Counted from the first letter of the stretch, positions 28,205-38,703 are shown. The stretch is DNA of 64,000 nt from an uncultured cyanobacterium (GCA_963719515.1 CAVRCJ010000006.1:368029-432028); one strand, 5' to 3'. The notes: generated by a model from the sequence alone, not told the origin. Numbers and translations are program-made.

Positions 28205-29872
28205 TTATGAATTTGTGATCGTAAATGGGGTGGTGAAATTCTGAGCGGTGCCGTCCTCTAGATTGACCTCCGTCTCCACCGTATGGCGGCCATTTTCCGC
28301 CGTCCGCGTGTCGAACGGCATTGCGGTATTTACCCCTCCTCCTGCAAAGTCGTAGGGAGCCCGAGACTCCAACCGGCTGGGCTCTCCAAAGCGGCTGTCC
28401 AAACCAAAGCGCACGCTGTCGACTGCTATGTCTTGGTCAGCCGATAGGAAAATATAGACTTCACCGCCTACCTCAGCGCTAGCCAGAGGGCGCGCCTCGC
28501 TGCGATCGCTGCTGCGAGAGACCAGCAAGCGATAGGGCAGAGGCTGGTTTGCTACGGTAAAGGGGACAATCAGCTGCTGGACTGTACCGCTTTTGAAGCG
28601 TATCTCCGCGTAAATGCTGTGGGGACCGTTGTCGAGGGTCCGCGTGTCGAACGGCGATGCGGTTGGGGTGCCTCCTCCAGCAAAATCATAGGGCGCAAAC
28701 CGCTCTAGGCTTCCAGGTTCGCCCCCAGGACTGTCTAGCCCAAACTGCACCTCGTCGATCTCGTCCCCCTCACCCTGGCCTAGTTGACGCAGGTCCAAAT
28801 AAGCGTAGATATCGTCGCTGACCGTTTGGCCCGCTAGGGACCGAGGATCCCGGCGATCGGCAAAAGTCGACACCAGCAGCTGATAGGTCAGACGGCTGCG
28901 GGACTCGCACTCGATTACGTCGTTGGGGCTAAGGGGGAGCTCTACTCCTCTTCCGTCTGGGACCGCCGGGATAGCGGCGATCGCCTCCCCATTACGGGTG
29001 CAGGTGATGACCCCTGCCGTAACGCCGGGCTGAGGGACCTCCCTCACCGTCGCCTGGACGGGACGAACCAGCTGCCAGCCAAAGCTGGCTCGTCCATCCA
29101 CTTCAGTGGTTGTTTGGAGCGGTAAGGTGGCGATCGCCTTTTGGGCTGCTGGTCCGCTGAGGGTCACTTCAAACGTCCAGCCTGCTGCAGGAGCGTCGAT
29201 GCCGTCGGGCTGCTCTACCCGCTTTCGAATGGTAATCGACCCTCCACAGGCCCGCAGGGCAATTTCTCGCAGGCGATCGTCTAGGGTATCAAAGTTGGTG
29301 ATGTAGAAGTCGTCGTTGCGGTTCTCTCCTGAGACGCGCCGTAGGTTATCGGGAAGCACCCGGGTCCCGATACCAATAGCGATAATCCGCGTTCCGGCAT
29401 GACGAACGCGATCGGCTGTTTCAAAGGCGGCCTGCTCTGCACCGGCTTGATTGCCGGGCAAAAAAGGGGCTCCATCGGTACAAAGAATAATTAGGTCGGG
29501 GGTCAAGCTTCGGGCGCTGTTAAAGGCGTCCGCCCAATTGGTGTATTCGCCGCGGTATTCGTAAGCGTTGAGGCCGTCAACTACCGCGCTGACCCCTGCC
29601 GGTTCCGAAACGTCGGTGAGGGGAAATAGGACCTTAGTTGTCGTGCTAAAAATCACGAACCCTACCTGAGATGGCGTGCCGCCAAGTGCCTCAGTAAAGT
29701 CAGCTGCCGCTTGACGGGCAAGATTGAAGTTCTCTAGCCCCATAGAGTTAGAGCTATCGAGGGCAATGACCACGTCAAGACCGCAGCGGCCCGGAAAGGG
29801 AGGGTTTGGAACTACCATAGTATTTGAGTTGTGGGGGCACGCCATGAGTATAGCGGGTGTTTTGACCCCCAA
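28205..29872 (-). CDS. von Willebrand factor A domain protein with two C-terminal repeats of about 110 aa
   Basis: The MIDAS motif DVVIALDSSNSM is present. The internal repeats carry FGLDS..GEPS.LE..APYDFAGGG...PFDTRT..NG.H. Confidence 0.7.
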   Translation of the reverse strand: MGVKTPAILMACPHNSNTMVVPNPPFPGRCGLDVVIALDSSNSMGLENFNLARQAAADFTEALGGTPSQVGFVIFSTTTKVLFPLTDVSEPAGVSAVVDGLNAYEYRGEYTNWADAFNSARSLTPDLIILCTDGAPFLPGNQAGAEQAAFETADRVRHAGTRIIAIGIGTRVLPDNLRRVSGENRNDDFYITNFDTLDDRLREIALRACGGSITIRKRVEQPDGIDAPAAGWTFEVTLSGPAAQKAIATLPLQTTTEVDGRASFGWQLVRPVQATVREVPQPGVTAGVITCTRNGEAIAAIPAVPDGRGVELPLSPNDVIECESRSRLTYQLLVSTFADRRDPRSLAGQTVSDDIYAYLDLRQLGQGEGDEIDEVQFGLDSPGGEPGSLERFAPYDFAGGGTPTASPFDTRTLDNGPHSIYAEIRFKSGTVQQLIVPFTVANQPLPYRLLVSRSSDRSEARPLASAEVGGEVYIFLSADQDIAVDSVRFGLDSRFGEPSRLESRAPYDFAGGGVNTAMPFDTRTAENGRHTVETEVNLEDGTAQNFTTPFTITNS

Positions 29873-29914
29873 CCTAGTCCCCTAGCGCCATGTCTCAAAA
29901 TTTGCGCTAAGGGA

Positions 29915-32140
29915 TTAGCAGGCGAGGTGTTCTAGAGCCTGCTGAAGCGATGTAATGGTGGGGATATTTGACGGGCTATTCAATGCTCGGCTTTGGGGAT
30001 GCTCCCACTGCTTTAGAACCTGGAGGCAGCGTCGAGCCGCGCTGGGATTGTCTTGATGGATAAAATTCCAGGCGGCCGTGTTGAGATCGTTTTGAGCCTG
30101 AGGGAGCTGCTGCAGATGCTGATGCACAAGGGCGCGCCGATATAGCACAATGGCTGAGTCTGGGGCTAGGGCATGGGCGGCGTTATAGTCCTTGAGGGCT
30201 AGGGTGAATTGGTTTAGAGACTCCCAAGCTCGCCCTCGGTAAAACAGAGGAATCACGGAGACCGGCATCAGCTGAACAGCCTGCTCAAAGTCGGCGATCG
30301 CCCCCTCAATATCTCTCTGCTTGTGGCGCAAAAAGCCGCGATTGCAGTAAGGGCTGCCCAAGTCGGGGTCAACTTGAATTGCCTGGGACAGATCCCCCAG
30401 CGCTGCGTCGTAGTCGCGCTGTCCGTAACGCAGAATTCCGCGCATGTTGTAGGCCACCGCATCGTCCGGTGCGGCAGCAAGGAGGCGGTCTAGCTCAGCA
30501 GCGGCAGCAACGCCCTCCCCCAGGTCGTACTGCACCATGGCCTGCCGCCAGCCTAGCTCTGCCCGACTCGAAATTTGCTCACTGTGGGTGTAGCGCTCGA
30601 TGAGGGCATTGATGGTGCTGGCGCTTGTTGTTCTAATTTTTAGGCCGAGAGTCTGGGTCTTGGCGGCGGGAATTAAGGGGTGATCAATGCCTACAACGGC
30701 TTGCGCTCGGTCGACAATCAAAAAGTTTTCCCCCGCTTCGAGAAGCTTAAAGTGCAGCGATTTGGGGTAGCGGCGCTTGAGCTGCAAGAAGTACTGCAGC
30801 GTCGCGTGGCGGACGGCGGGTGAGCTCGCGTCAAGGGACCAGGTTTGACGAATGGGGGGTAAAAAGTGGGCCCCCTGGTGGCTCCGCTGACTGCACCAGC
30901 CCACGAAGAGCGACTTACCAGACTCTAGAAAGGTGGTGAGCTGCTGCGCTAGAGACGCCTCTAATTGGTAAGACGCGGCCCAGGGCCAGGTCAAAACGAC
31001 CCGATCTTCGGCCTGTTGAAGGGCCTCTTCTAGCGCCAGACGGCTACAGGTGGCCGGACGGGGCGATGCTGCAGGGGTATTGGCCACCGCGTTTCCCCCG
31101 CTCGCCTCGACGGGTAGATCAATCAAAAGCTGATGGGGGGTAGCCTGGGCTGGAAAAGCCTGCAGTCGTCGGTGCAGCATCTCTTCTAAAACAGACTCCA
31201 AATCGGCTGAGTTGGGCAGCGCCTGAATTTTGTCTTGAACTGCTTCGAGAATTGCCTGCCATCGCCGATGCAGGGGCTCAAGAGAATCGTCTTTTGATTT
31301 GCTTAGCTGCTGCTGCAGCGCGCCGAGCTTTTGGTCTAGCTGCTGGTCTCGCTCGGATTGAGACTGATACCGGCGCTGCAGCGATTGCACCTGTGCGCTG
31401 ATGGTGTTCCAATCGCGGCGAGGCACTAGGTCAGCCATCAAATTGATGATCTCGTTGAGGCGCTCTTCGCCAAAGTCTGCCGTTTTATTGGCGGGGACGG
31501 GCGGCTGGGCAAGTTGTTCAAACTGCGTCTGCAGATGACTCAAGGCAGGCGTCATCTTGTCATCGAGATGCTGAAACTGGTGGTCAACCTGCTTCACTTT
31601 TTGCTGTAGTTGAGCGATCGCCCGCTCTACTCCTTCAACTTGCTCACGGGTAGTCATCTCTTGTAGGCTTGCCTGCATATTATCGAGCAGAGTGTGGATG
31701 CTGCCGTGGGCAGCCCGCAGGCGAGAAATGTCTTGAGCGATTGCGTCGTAATCTTGCTCTTCTAGCTTAACGAGTCGTGACCCCATCATGGAGTATGCGG
31801 ACTTGACGTAGCCCGTCATCTCCTCCATGACCTGCTGCTGCTGGCGCTGCTGGCGCTCCATCCCCGTGATAATTTCGGGAGGCGGCATCGTCGTTGCCTG
31901 TTGCCTGAGCTGCGTTACCTCCTGGCGCAGTTGGTCAAAGTTGCCGAGCCGTTGGCTATTATCCTCCTGCTGCGCCTGCAGACGGCGGCGGTTGAGAAGT
32001 CCGATGGCAACGGCGAAGGATAGAGGCGTTGTCGCGTACAGAAACTGCTGGGCGATCGCTGAGGTGACTGAACCCATGCCCAGACCCGCTAGGGAAACGT
32101 ACTCAGCAACATCGAGCCAATGCGTCCGACGATTTTTCAC
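29915..32140 (-). CDS. large membrane-anchored coiled-coil / TPR-repeat protein
   Basis: It has an N-terminal pair of TM helices, a long Q/E-rich coiled coil and C-terminal TPR repeats (AYNMRGILRYGQRDYDAALGDLSQAIQVDPD...). Confidence 0.65.
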   Translation of the reverse strand: MKNRRTHWLDVAEYVSLAGLGMGSVTSAIAQQFLYATTPLSFAVAIGLLNRRRLQAQQEDNSQRLGNFDQLRQEVTQLRQQATTMPPPEIITGMERQQRQQQQVMEEMTGYVKSAYSMMGSRLVKLEEQDYDAIAQDISRLRAAHGSIHTLLDNMQASLQEMTTREQVEGVERAIAQLQQKVKQVDHQFQHLDDKMTPALSHLQTQFEQLAQPPVPANKTADFGEERLNEIINLMADLVPRRDWNTISAQVQSLQRRYQSQSERDQQLDQKLGALQQQLSKSKDDSLEPLHRRWQAILEAVQDKIQALPNSADLESVLEEMLHRRLQAFPAQATPHQLLIDLPVEASGGNAVANTPAASPRPATCSRLALEEALQQAEDRVVLTWPWAASYQLEASLAQQLTTFLESGKSLFVGWCSQRSHQGAHFLPPIRQTWSLDASSPAVRHATLQYFLQLKRRYPKSLHFKLLEAGENFLIVDRAQAVVGIDHPLIPAAKTQTLGLKIRTTSASTINALIERYTHSEQISSRAELGWRQAMVQYDLGEGVAAAAELDRLLAAAPDDAVAYNMRGILRYGQRDYDAALGDLSQAIQVDPDLGSPYCNRGFLRHKQRDIEGAIADFEQAVQLMPVSVIPLFYRGRAWESLNQFTLALKDYNAAHALAPDSAIVLYRRALVHQHLQQLPQAQNDLNTAAWNFIHQDNPSAARRCLQVLKQWEHPQSRALNSPSNIPTITSLQQALEHLAC

Positions 32141-32263
32141 GGTTAAAAGAGCAAAAATGGGAACCAGAACGGCACAATCACGTCTTGATTACGCTTGTTC
32201 TGCTTTTCGCCCGCCGCGCCGAGCTATCCGGACAACTGGTCTAAGAGTCAATTTTCTCTCCAG

Positions 32264-32620
32264 CTAAGAGGGCTGGATACTGTAGGATGACGTTGGCTCA
32301 GCGCCAAAAATAGGTGACGGATCGAGACCGGTGATACTGCTGAATTGAGCCGACGTCAGGGTGCTCACAATGGGCTGAATTTCCCAGTGCTGCAGCCGCG
32401 CATGAACCTGAGCTAAGAAGCCGATCCCTCGGTTGAAGGGAACGCTTAACCAGTTTTCCACGATAATCTCTGCTAAAGAAAGCTCAATGAGCGGTAGTGG
32501 ATAGGCCTGCATCAGGTTATCTAGGTAGGCGAAAAAGCCAGCTTTTTCCTCTCCTTCGAGGCGGTAACTCTGCACAATGTATTTGATTCGCTGCTGGCTA
32601 ACCCTTTCGTATAAGTTCAT
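32264..32620 (-). CDS. hypothetical protein
   Basis: The ORF is 118 aa. I recognise no domain. Confidence 0.4.
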   Translation of the reverse strand: MNLYERVSQQRIKYIVQSYRLEGEEKAGFFAYLDNLMQAYPLPLIELSLAEIIVENWLSVPFNRGIGFLAQVHARLQHWEIQPIVSTLTSAQFSSITGLDPSPIFGAEPTSSYSIQPS

Positions 32621-32713
32621 GTCGGCTGAGCTTTAGGGGCATAAGGTATTGACGGCGTCATCACTAAAGCGATGCACTATTTAGCTTATGCTCCGCAGTT
32701 GAGTTAGTGCAAC

Positions 32714-32770
32714 TCAATCAATGCGATCCAATCAACGCAACCCAATCAATACGACCCAATCAATACGACC
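32714..32770. repeat. Four tandem copies of a roughly 14-nt unit (caatcaatrcgayc)
   Basis: I read it directly, immediately 3' of the GT4 gene. Confidence 0.8.
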
Positions 32771-32796
32771 CGCTCAGTGCCGCTGCAGTAACGCGC

Positions 32797-33939
32797 TTAA
32801 AGCAATTCAAGCATCACGCTCCGAACGTGGTCAGCCCAAGCGTGCCAGTTCAATCGCTCCTCATAGGTGCTGCGGGACGACAGGACGAGCTGCTCGTAAG
32901 CATCTTTCTCGGAGAAAACGGCCGCCATTTTATCGGCATACTGGTCTGCCCCCGCATCAGGAGAGAAGGTATAGCCGTTGACCCCTTCTTGAACAATAGT
33001 TGGAATTCCGCCGACGTTGCTCGACATTACCGGTAAGCCAAAGGCCGCCGACTCACACAGCACAATTGGCGAGCAGTCGGCGCGGGTAGGAAACAGGAAG
33101 AAATGCGCGTCGAGAAAAATTTGGTAGAGGCGATCGCGCTCTCGCTTCACGTTTTTATTGAGGAAAGGAATGACGGTGAGGCGATCGCTATCTACCTGGG
33201 CGACGGCATCTTCCGGTGGGATACAGCCAATCATGGTTAACTCAGCGTCGATTCCCGCATCGAGTAGCTTGACTAAAGACTCAAACGCCAAGTTTCCGCC
33301 CTTGCGCTGCCAATCTTTACCAATAAACAATAGCCGGCAGCGGGATGAGGACAGCCGCGCGCGAACTCGATCTAGCTCAGGAACAAAGTCTAAATTGGCG
33401 CCAAATGGAGTAACGCTGACCTGCCCCGGCGCTGCACCGTAGTCCTGAACGGCTGACTCGGCTGACCAGCGGGATGGATAAACCAGCTTTTGCGCCTTAG
33501 CCACAACTCGCTTTTCCGTCGCGCTAGCCGCCGCAAAGCTCGCCTCGTCCGGGTAAATCTTGTAGTAGTCGTTGTAAATTAGCCGAGGCGTCGCGTCGGA
33601 GGAGAAGACGATAGGAACCGACGTCTCAATTAGGTCTACCTCTCCAGAAGCAACGGGAGCAAAGATAACGTCACACTTTTTCTTTTCTAGTGACTGTTCT
33701 ACCTGCCGCTTAAATTCGTTCAGCTCTGAGGCGCTTTTGCCAGATCCCAGCTGAACCTTGCTCAGCGCCCGGCTAATTCCTTTGCCAATACGGCCTTGGG
33801 CCTGAGGCTTTTTGAGATCGACCATCTCAACCCCTTTAGAGGCCAGCGCCTGGTACATATAGTACAGCGTTCCGGAGAACGTATTTTTATCTAAATAGTT
33901 TTGCCTGGATAGAAAACCAGCTTTGATAGGTTTCTTCAT
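32797..33939 (-). CDS. family-4 glycosyltransferase (GT4)
   Basis: The GT-B C-terminal domain contains the motif ESAAFGLPVMSSNVGGIPTIV. Confidence 0.8.
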   Translation of the reverse strand: MKKPIKAGFLSRQNYLDKNTFSGTLYYMYQALASKGVEMVDLKKPQAQGRIGKGISRALSKVQLGSGKSASELNEFKRQVEQSLEKKKCDVIFAPVASGEVDLIETSVPIVFSSDATPRLIYNDYYKIYPDEASFAAASATEKRVVAKAQKLVYPSRWSAESAVQDYGAAPGQVSVTPFGANLDFVPELDRVRARLSSSRCRLLFIGKDWQRKGGNLAFESLVKLLDAGIDAELTMIGCIPPEDAVAQVDSDRLTVIPFLNKNVKRERDRLYQIFLDAHFFLFPTRADCSPIVLCESAAFGLPVMSSNVGGIPTIVQEGVNGYTFSPDAGADQYADKMAAVFSEKDAYEQLVLSSRSTYEERLNWHAWADHVRSVMLELL

Positions 33940-33961
33940 AGTGACGATGCGTAGGTTGAGC

Positions 33962-34927
33962 TTACTTGTTACTGCTGAGCTTAAACGCAAAGCTGTTCTT
34001 TAAAAAATCGGAAAAGAACTGAGGCGGATCAACTTGGGGTTTCTTTTGAACGACCTGACGCAGTCTCCACAGGCTATATCCCGCCATCCAGGCATAGTCA
34101 GCGGCCTCCGCGTAGAGTCTGCCGTAGTTCTTCGTGAAGTAGCGTCGCCTCGAATCAAACCAATACTGCGGTCTACGCTTTGGCGGCTGCTTGAGGTTAG
34201 TGACCCCTGAGCTTTGACCAACCAAGTGGACCACGCGGCTCTCTGGAACGTACCAGCAGGGCCAGCCAGCCCGGTTGGCGACTAGACAAAAGTCCATCTC
34301 CTCGTAGTACATGAAGTAGTCGTCGTCCATCAGGCCAACATCGTCGAACACCTCTCGGCGGACGAGCATGCTGGCTCCGGCAACCCAGTCCGTTTGGACC
34401 GTGTCGTCGACCACTGGGGGAGCCACCACCCAGTGGGACAGGAGTTTGGTAACGACCCCTAGCCTCAACCCTAAATCTAGCTCGCTAAAAACGGTGTGAA
34501 AGCGGAAAGCAGAGCGTTGAGGGGTTCCGTCAGGGTCTTCAAGCCGACTGCCCGCAATCCCCACGTCTTTGTGGGATTCCATGAAGGTATAGAGGTGCTC
34601 TAGCCCATGGGGACGAACCACGGTATCGGGGTTAAGCAGCCAAACGTAGTCTGGAGGGTTTTGTGCAAGTCCCTCTCGAATAATGGCATTGTTCCCGTAG
34701 GCAAACCCACCATTTTTGTCGAGCGGCATCAGCGTCACCCAGCTGTGCCATCCTTCGCGCTCGATGGCAGCCGAGATTACCTCAATGGAATCATCGCCAG
34801 AAGCGTTGTCGGACACTACAACTTGAACATTGGGAAGGCGTTGAACTTCGTCTACAAGGGAATGAAGGCAATCGATCGTGAGCTTAGGCGTCCGGTAATT
34901 TACAATTGCAACGAGTATCATCGTCAA
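33962..34927 (-). CDS. family-2 glycosyltransferase (GT2)
   Basis: VAIVNYRTPKLTIDCLHSL, VVVSDNASGDDS and a DxD motif are present. Confidence 0.85.
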   Translation of the reverse strand: MTMILVAIVNYRTPKLTIDCLHSLVDEVQRLPNVQVVVSDNASGDDSIEVISAAIEREGWHSWVTLMPLDKNGGFAYGNNAIIREGLAQNPPDYVWLLNPDTVVRPHGLEHLYTFMESHKDVGIAGSRLEDPDGTPQRSAFRFHTVFSELDLGLRLGVVTKLLSHWVVAPPVVDDTVQTDWVAGASMLVRREVFDDVGLMDDDYFMYYEEMDFCLVANRAGWPCWYVPESRVVHLVGQSSGVTNLKQPPKRRPQYWFDSRRRYFTKNYGRLYAEAADYAWMAGYSLWRLRQVVQKKPQVDPPQFFSDFLKNSFAFKLSSNK

Positions 34928-35009
34928 TAGGGGTGGGGTGAGATAAAGAATATCGAACGTCTGCGATGAGCCGCGCCTAGGCTCTATGACATAGCCTTCC
35001 TGGCGATCG

Positions 35010-36395
35010 CTAGCTCAACTGCGAGTAGGCGCTAGAGGGCAGCGCAGGTGCTGTCCTCGCCGGGCGTTTTCGAGACCTAGAGGTAAGAGGTCGCAGCGCA
35101 ATTCCCGATAGGCTTCCGCAGGCCAAAACATAGATGGGGTTGATCATGGCGTTGAGCAAGCAGTCGATGGTGTACATCACCACAGCCATAGATAACGCCG
35201 CTAAAGGCGCGTATTCTGGCTTCATCCACAGCTTTGGTGGACAGCGCTGCATGAGCACGGTTACGGGGGGGAGGAGCAGCAGCGCCATCATGCTGACCAG
35301 GCCGACAGCTCCCTTCTCTCCGTACTCAATAATCCACAAGCTATCAGGAATAGTGAGCATTTTGCCGTTTTCGTCAAGCAGAAGGGACCTGCCCCAGCCC
35401 CCCCAGCCCAAGAGGGGCCGTTCCCGGGCGATATCCGCCAGAATCTCTTCATTGTTAAATCTAAAGGCGAGGGACTGCACGCGCTCTGCGGGTAAGACGT
35501 TTGATAATCCTTCTACAATTTGATCGGTTACATAGGCATCGGTTTGAGAACTGATGAATAGGTAAGCGACTATGGTCAGAGCTAGAAGAAGCACCGGCAG
35601 GGCCGTCCGTATTTGCCAGCAGAGGTACAGCAGGACAAATCCAAAGGCGAGCAAGAAGTAAGCGCCTGTGGATTTGCACAGCAGAAACGTCACAACCAGT
35701 GCGATCGCCAGCCAGCTTATAGGGATATTGCTGACCTTTTTTAAAGCCCCGCTTTTCCACAGCCACAGCCCAATCAGGCTAGCTGCCATCATAAAGGCTG
35801 CAACCGCAAGACCGTGCTTCATAAACACGGTTGGTCTAAAGCCTCCCCAGCGAACGTTTTGGCCGAATGAGGAGTGGGCTCTGAAGCCATAAAGCATGAG
35901 GTGGAGCTGGGGGCTCATTCGAACCTCATAGAGGCAGAACGGGATGTACGCCAGTCCGCCCAAAAAGATACCCGTAGCGAGCTGCTGAGCGCCCTCTAAG
36001 TTGGCGAGATAGATTCGGCCCAAAAAGTAGGGAATTCCCCAAGTCACCACCTGGATCAAAACCGCTGATACCCCGTCGTATAGCCCTAGCCCATTGCTTA
36101 AAGATGTGGCAATAGGACAAATACAAAAGATAAGCGCTGGAACATCAATCCAGCTAAAGCGGAATGCGCTGAACCGTTTGACGTCAAAAACGAAAGTTGC
36201 CAGCAAAATTCCATAGGAGGTTGCTGACATTTTCGTCAGGTCAGGAATGCCAGGCAAGACAATTTGCGCCTCGGGCAAGAATAGCCAAGCAATGATAAAG
36301 CTCATGACGACGGCTTTTTGTGCTGGAACCCGCTTGAATAGGTAAAGCACGAAGGGAATCCACCCATATAGGGCAATGTAGGCGATTGGTGACAT
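35010..36395 (-). CDS. O-antigen ligase / Wzy-like polysaccharide polymerase family membrane protein
   Basis: This is a polytopic membrane protein with about 10-12 TM helices and a large loop, in a Wzx/Wzy gene context. Confidence 0.65.
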   Translation of the reverse strand: MSPIAYIALYGWIPFVLYLFKRVPAQKAVVMSFIIAWLFLPEAQIVLPGIPDLTKMSATSYGILLATFVFDVKRFSAFRFSWIDVPALIFCICPIATSLSNGLGLYDGVSAVLIQVVTWGIPYFLGRIYLANLEGAQQLATGIFLGGLAYIPFCLYEVRMSPQLHLMLYGFRAHSSFGQNVRWGGFRPTVFMKHGLAVAAFMMAASLIGLWLWKSGALKKVSNIPISWLAIALVVTFLLCKSTGAYFLLAFGFVLLYLCWQIRTALPVLLLALTIVAYLFISSQTDAYVTDQIVEGLSNVLPAERVQSLAFRFNNEEILADIARERPLLGWGGWGRSLLLDENGKMLTIPDSLWIIEYGEKGAVGLVSMMALLLLPPVTVLMQRCPPKLWMKPEYAPLAALSMAVVMYTIDCLLNAMINPIYVLACGSLSGIALRPLTSRSRKRPARTAPALPSSAYSQLS

Positions 36396-36417
36396 GGCAT
36401 TCTACTCAAACTAGGGA

Positions 36418-37323
36418 TTAGCTAGACCAGCTAGACAGATCTCGATTAATGAAGTCAGCAAGAACTTTGTTGGGTTCAGAAAAATGTTCGAGCAGCTTTT
36501 GACGTGTCTCAGGCTTCATGGGCGGAGCGGTATAGGTCTGTCGCACCTGCTTACCGTATGACGACTTTTGAAGCAGTTGGTAGACGCCGTCGCGCCAAGA
36601 CTGTGGCACAGCCGCTGCGGCCGTTGCCAGCAGAGGAACTTTTCTGAGCGGAGCAGTAATCCGCCCTCGAAGCGTGTCCTCGAACACCTGTTTACCCTGA
36701 TTTGCGATGACCGGTCCCTCGTCAGCAAAGTCGAAGCCGTCATCAACGCCAATAAACTGGCAGACTGATTTCAGCGTCTTGTACGGGGCGTCGATCATAT
36801 CTTCGGAAAGCAAAAATAGAAATCTTTCTTTGGGAAAAAGGGCTGTGTAGCGCTCGATTTGCATCATGTAGTTACTGCCGTCAATAGCTTCACTGGTGCG
36901 CTCAAGATATTCCTCAAATGTCTCGTCTACGCCAGAACGGTGGCGATGCACGTAGTACGAATAGGCGCGGTTAACGGGATGACGCATGAGGTAGATCAGC
37001 TTCACCTCAGGGAGATGCTCCGCCATTCGCTCGGCGGCGTGGGGATATCTAGGCCATTTGGCGTAGTCTGTAGAAGCTTCGCCGCAGGCCTGGTCTTCCG
37101 TCGCTAGCTCAAATAAAGATGCGTAGTACTCTAGTCCCTTTTCGTATTTTTCGTCTATCCCAAAAAAGTTGGGTTCTTTGTCGTCAGGAATAAAACAGCC
37201 TGGATGCTTGCGAAGATAGGTTGCTAGAGTCGTTGTCCCCGACTTGGCCGCCCCAATGATTAGAAATTTAGGTAGATTCATCTGCCCTTTATTACTCATA
37301 ACTTTATAACTCATACAAACCAA
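36418..37323 (-). CDS. sulfotransferase family protein
   Basis: The 5'-PSB P-loop PKFLIIGAAKSGTTTL and the 3'-PB region (RHPVNRAYS) are present. Confidence 0.75.
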   Translation of the reverse strand: MVCMSYKVMSNKGQMNLPKFLIIGAAKSGTTTLATYLRKHPGCFIPDDKEPNFFGIDEKYEKGLEYYASLFELATEDQACGEASTDYAKWPRYPHAAERMAEHLPEVKLIYLMRHPVNRAYSYYVHRHRSGVDETFEEYLERTSEAIDGSNYMMQIERYTALFPKERFLFLLSEDMIDAPYKTLKSVCQFIGVDDGFDFADEGPVIANQGKQVFEDTLRGRITAPLRKVPLLATAAAAVPQSWRDGVYQLLQKSSYGKQVRQTYTAPPMKPETRQKLLEHFSEPNKVLADFINRDLSSWSS

Positions 37324-37359
37324 GCTCAGCTTAGCGGAATAGCTTATCGATAGCTGACA

Positions 37360-38703
37360 CTATAGAAACACTTCTCTAATAGATAGCTCAAATCCTAGAA
37401 GATAACGACATAGGGCAGCAAGAGCAACCGCCGAAAGCATCAGAAATGTGGCTAAAAGATCCTGTTTCACAAACGAGACCTTTTCTCGGCAAAGGCCATA
37501 AGCTGCAACGCTGTAGGGCAATATATCGTTCAGCGCGATCGCAATAATTGCACCCGGCAGTCCAAAAGCTTTATAAGATAGAGGCACGGCAACTATCATG
37601 TAAATGAGCTTGAAATTGTATCCAACCGCGCCATAAACGGACTGGCCCACCGCCAGCAGAACCGCATTGGAAAGCTGAAACAAAATCATGGGCCAAATTC
37701 CAACGGCCAAAAGGGGCAACATCCAGGCCGCATTTCTGTAGTTCTCGTCATACAGAACGAGGATGATATAGTCTCCTACGTTAAAGAGCAGCGCCACGCC
37801 TAACGCCATGCCAATCAAGAGTAACCAGCGCTTCTTCTCTAGCTTTTCTCGCAATACGGCTCTAGGCTGGCTAGCCTGTTTTGAGACGACTGGAAAGACA
37901 ACCTGGGTCGTCAATCGGCTGACGACCTGAGCCGGCAGATCGGCGAGGGTAAATGCGACGGTGTATACCCCCAGCATCTCGAATGAGAATAGCTTACCCA
38001 AGATAAGTCGGTCCGACTGCGACGCCAAAAAGGTCATTGCGGTGGAGACAAAAATCCACTTTCCAAATGAGAAAATTTCTTTTGCGGCTTCCGCATCCCA
38101 GGTAAACCGATGCTTTAGGTCTGGAATGAGCCGGTGACTCCAGATCATTTTGATGGTTGTGGAAACAATATTGCCCCCCACCAACGCCCAAACAGTCGGG
38201 CTGATCAAAGCCCAAGCCACCATAACGCTCAGAGATATGGCCTGAGCCACAAACTCAAAGACCGTTATCTTGCCAAAATCTAGTCTCTTTTTTAGAACAT
38301 GCAGCGATGCGGAATAAAATCCCTGAATAATGGTTGTCAGACTAACGACCGGAATTAACCAAAGTAAGCGATCATCTTCATAGAATGAAGCCACTGGCCA
38401 AGCGATAATCAGACTACAGGCCCAAAGTCCAAAGCCTCGAATGGCTTGAATTGTCCAAGCTGTGTTGACAAATACAATGTCATCACCACGCTTGTTCTGG
38501 ATGATGCTGGGCCCAATACCGATGTCAGAGAATAGAACAAGACCTATCACGAAGGTGTTGATCAAGCTCATCAATCCGAAATACTCCGGGACAAGCAGGC
38601 GCGTCAAAATGATGTTGCCGGCGAATCTCAGCCCTTGACTCGCACCGTAGCCGATGAAAGTCCAAGCAGCTCCATGTATAGCTTTCTTTTCGAGGGACAC
38701 CAT
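37360..38703 (-). CDS. Wzx-type oligosaccharide flippase (polysaccharide biosynthesis protein, MOP superfamily)
   Basis: The ORF is 447 aa with about 12-14 TM helices and the typical N-terminus KAIHGAAWTFIGYGASQGLRFAGNIILTRLL. Confidence 0.8.
   Translation of the reverse strand: MVSLEKKAIHGAAWTFIGYGASQGLRFAGNIILTRLLVPEYFGLMSLINTFVIGLVLFSDIGIGPSIIQNKRGDDIVFVNTAWTIQAIRGFGLWACSLIIAWPVASFYEDDRLLWLIPVVSLTTIIQGFYSASLHVLKKRLDFGKITVFEFVAQAISLSVMVAWALISPTVWALVGGNIVSTTIKMIWSHRLIPDLKHRFTWDAEAAKEIFSFGKWIFVSTAMTFLASQSDRLILGKLFSFEMLGVYTVAFTLADLPAQVVSRLTTQVVFPVVSKQASQPRAVLREKLEKKRWLLLIGMALGVALLFNVGDYIILVLYDENYRNAAWMLPLLAVGIWPMILFQLSNAVLLAVGQSVYGAVGYNFKLIYMIVAVPLSYKAFGLPGAIIAIALNDILPYSVAAYGLCREKVSFVKQDLLATFLMLSAVALAALCRYLLGFELSIREVFL

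Noticed and set aside
30379-32267. Plus-strand ORFs 30379-30603 and 31827-32267, and the minus-strand ORF 30268-30480, inside the 741-aa gene
   Set aside because: They are antisense or alternative-frame artefacts that are Cys/Arg-rich with no motifs.
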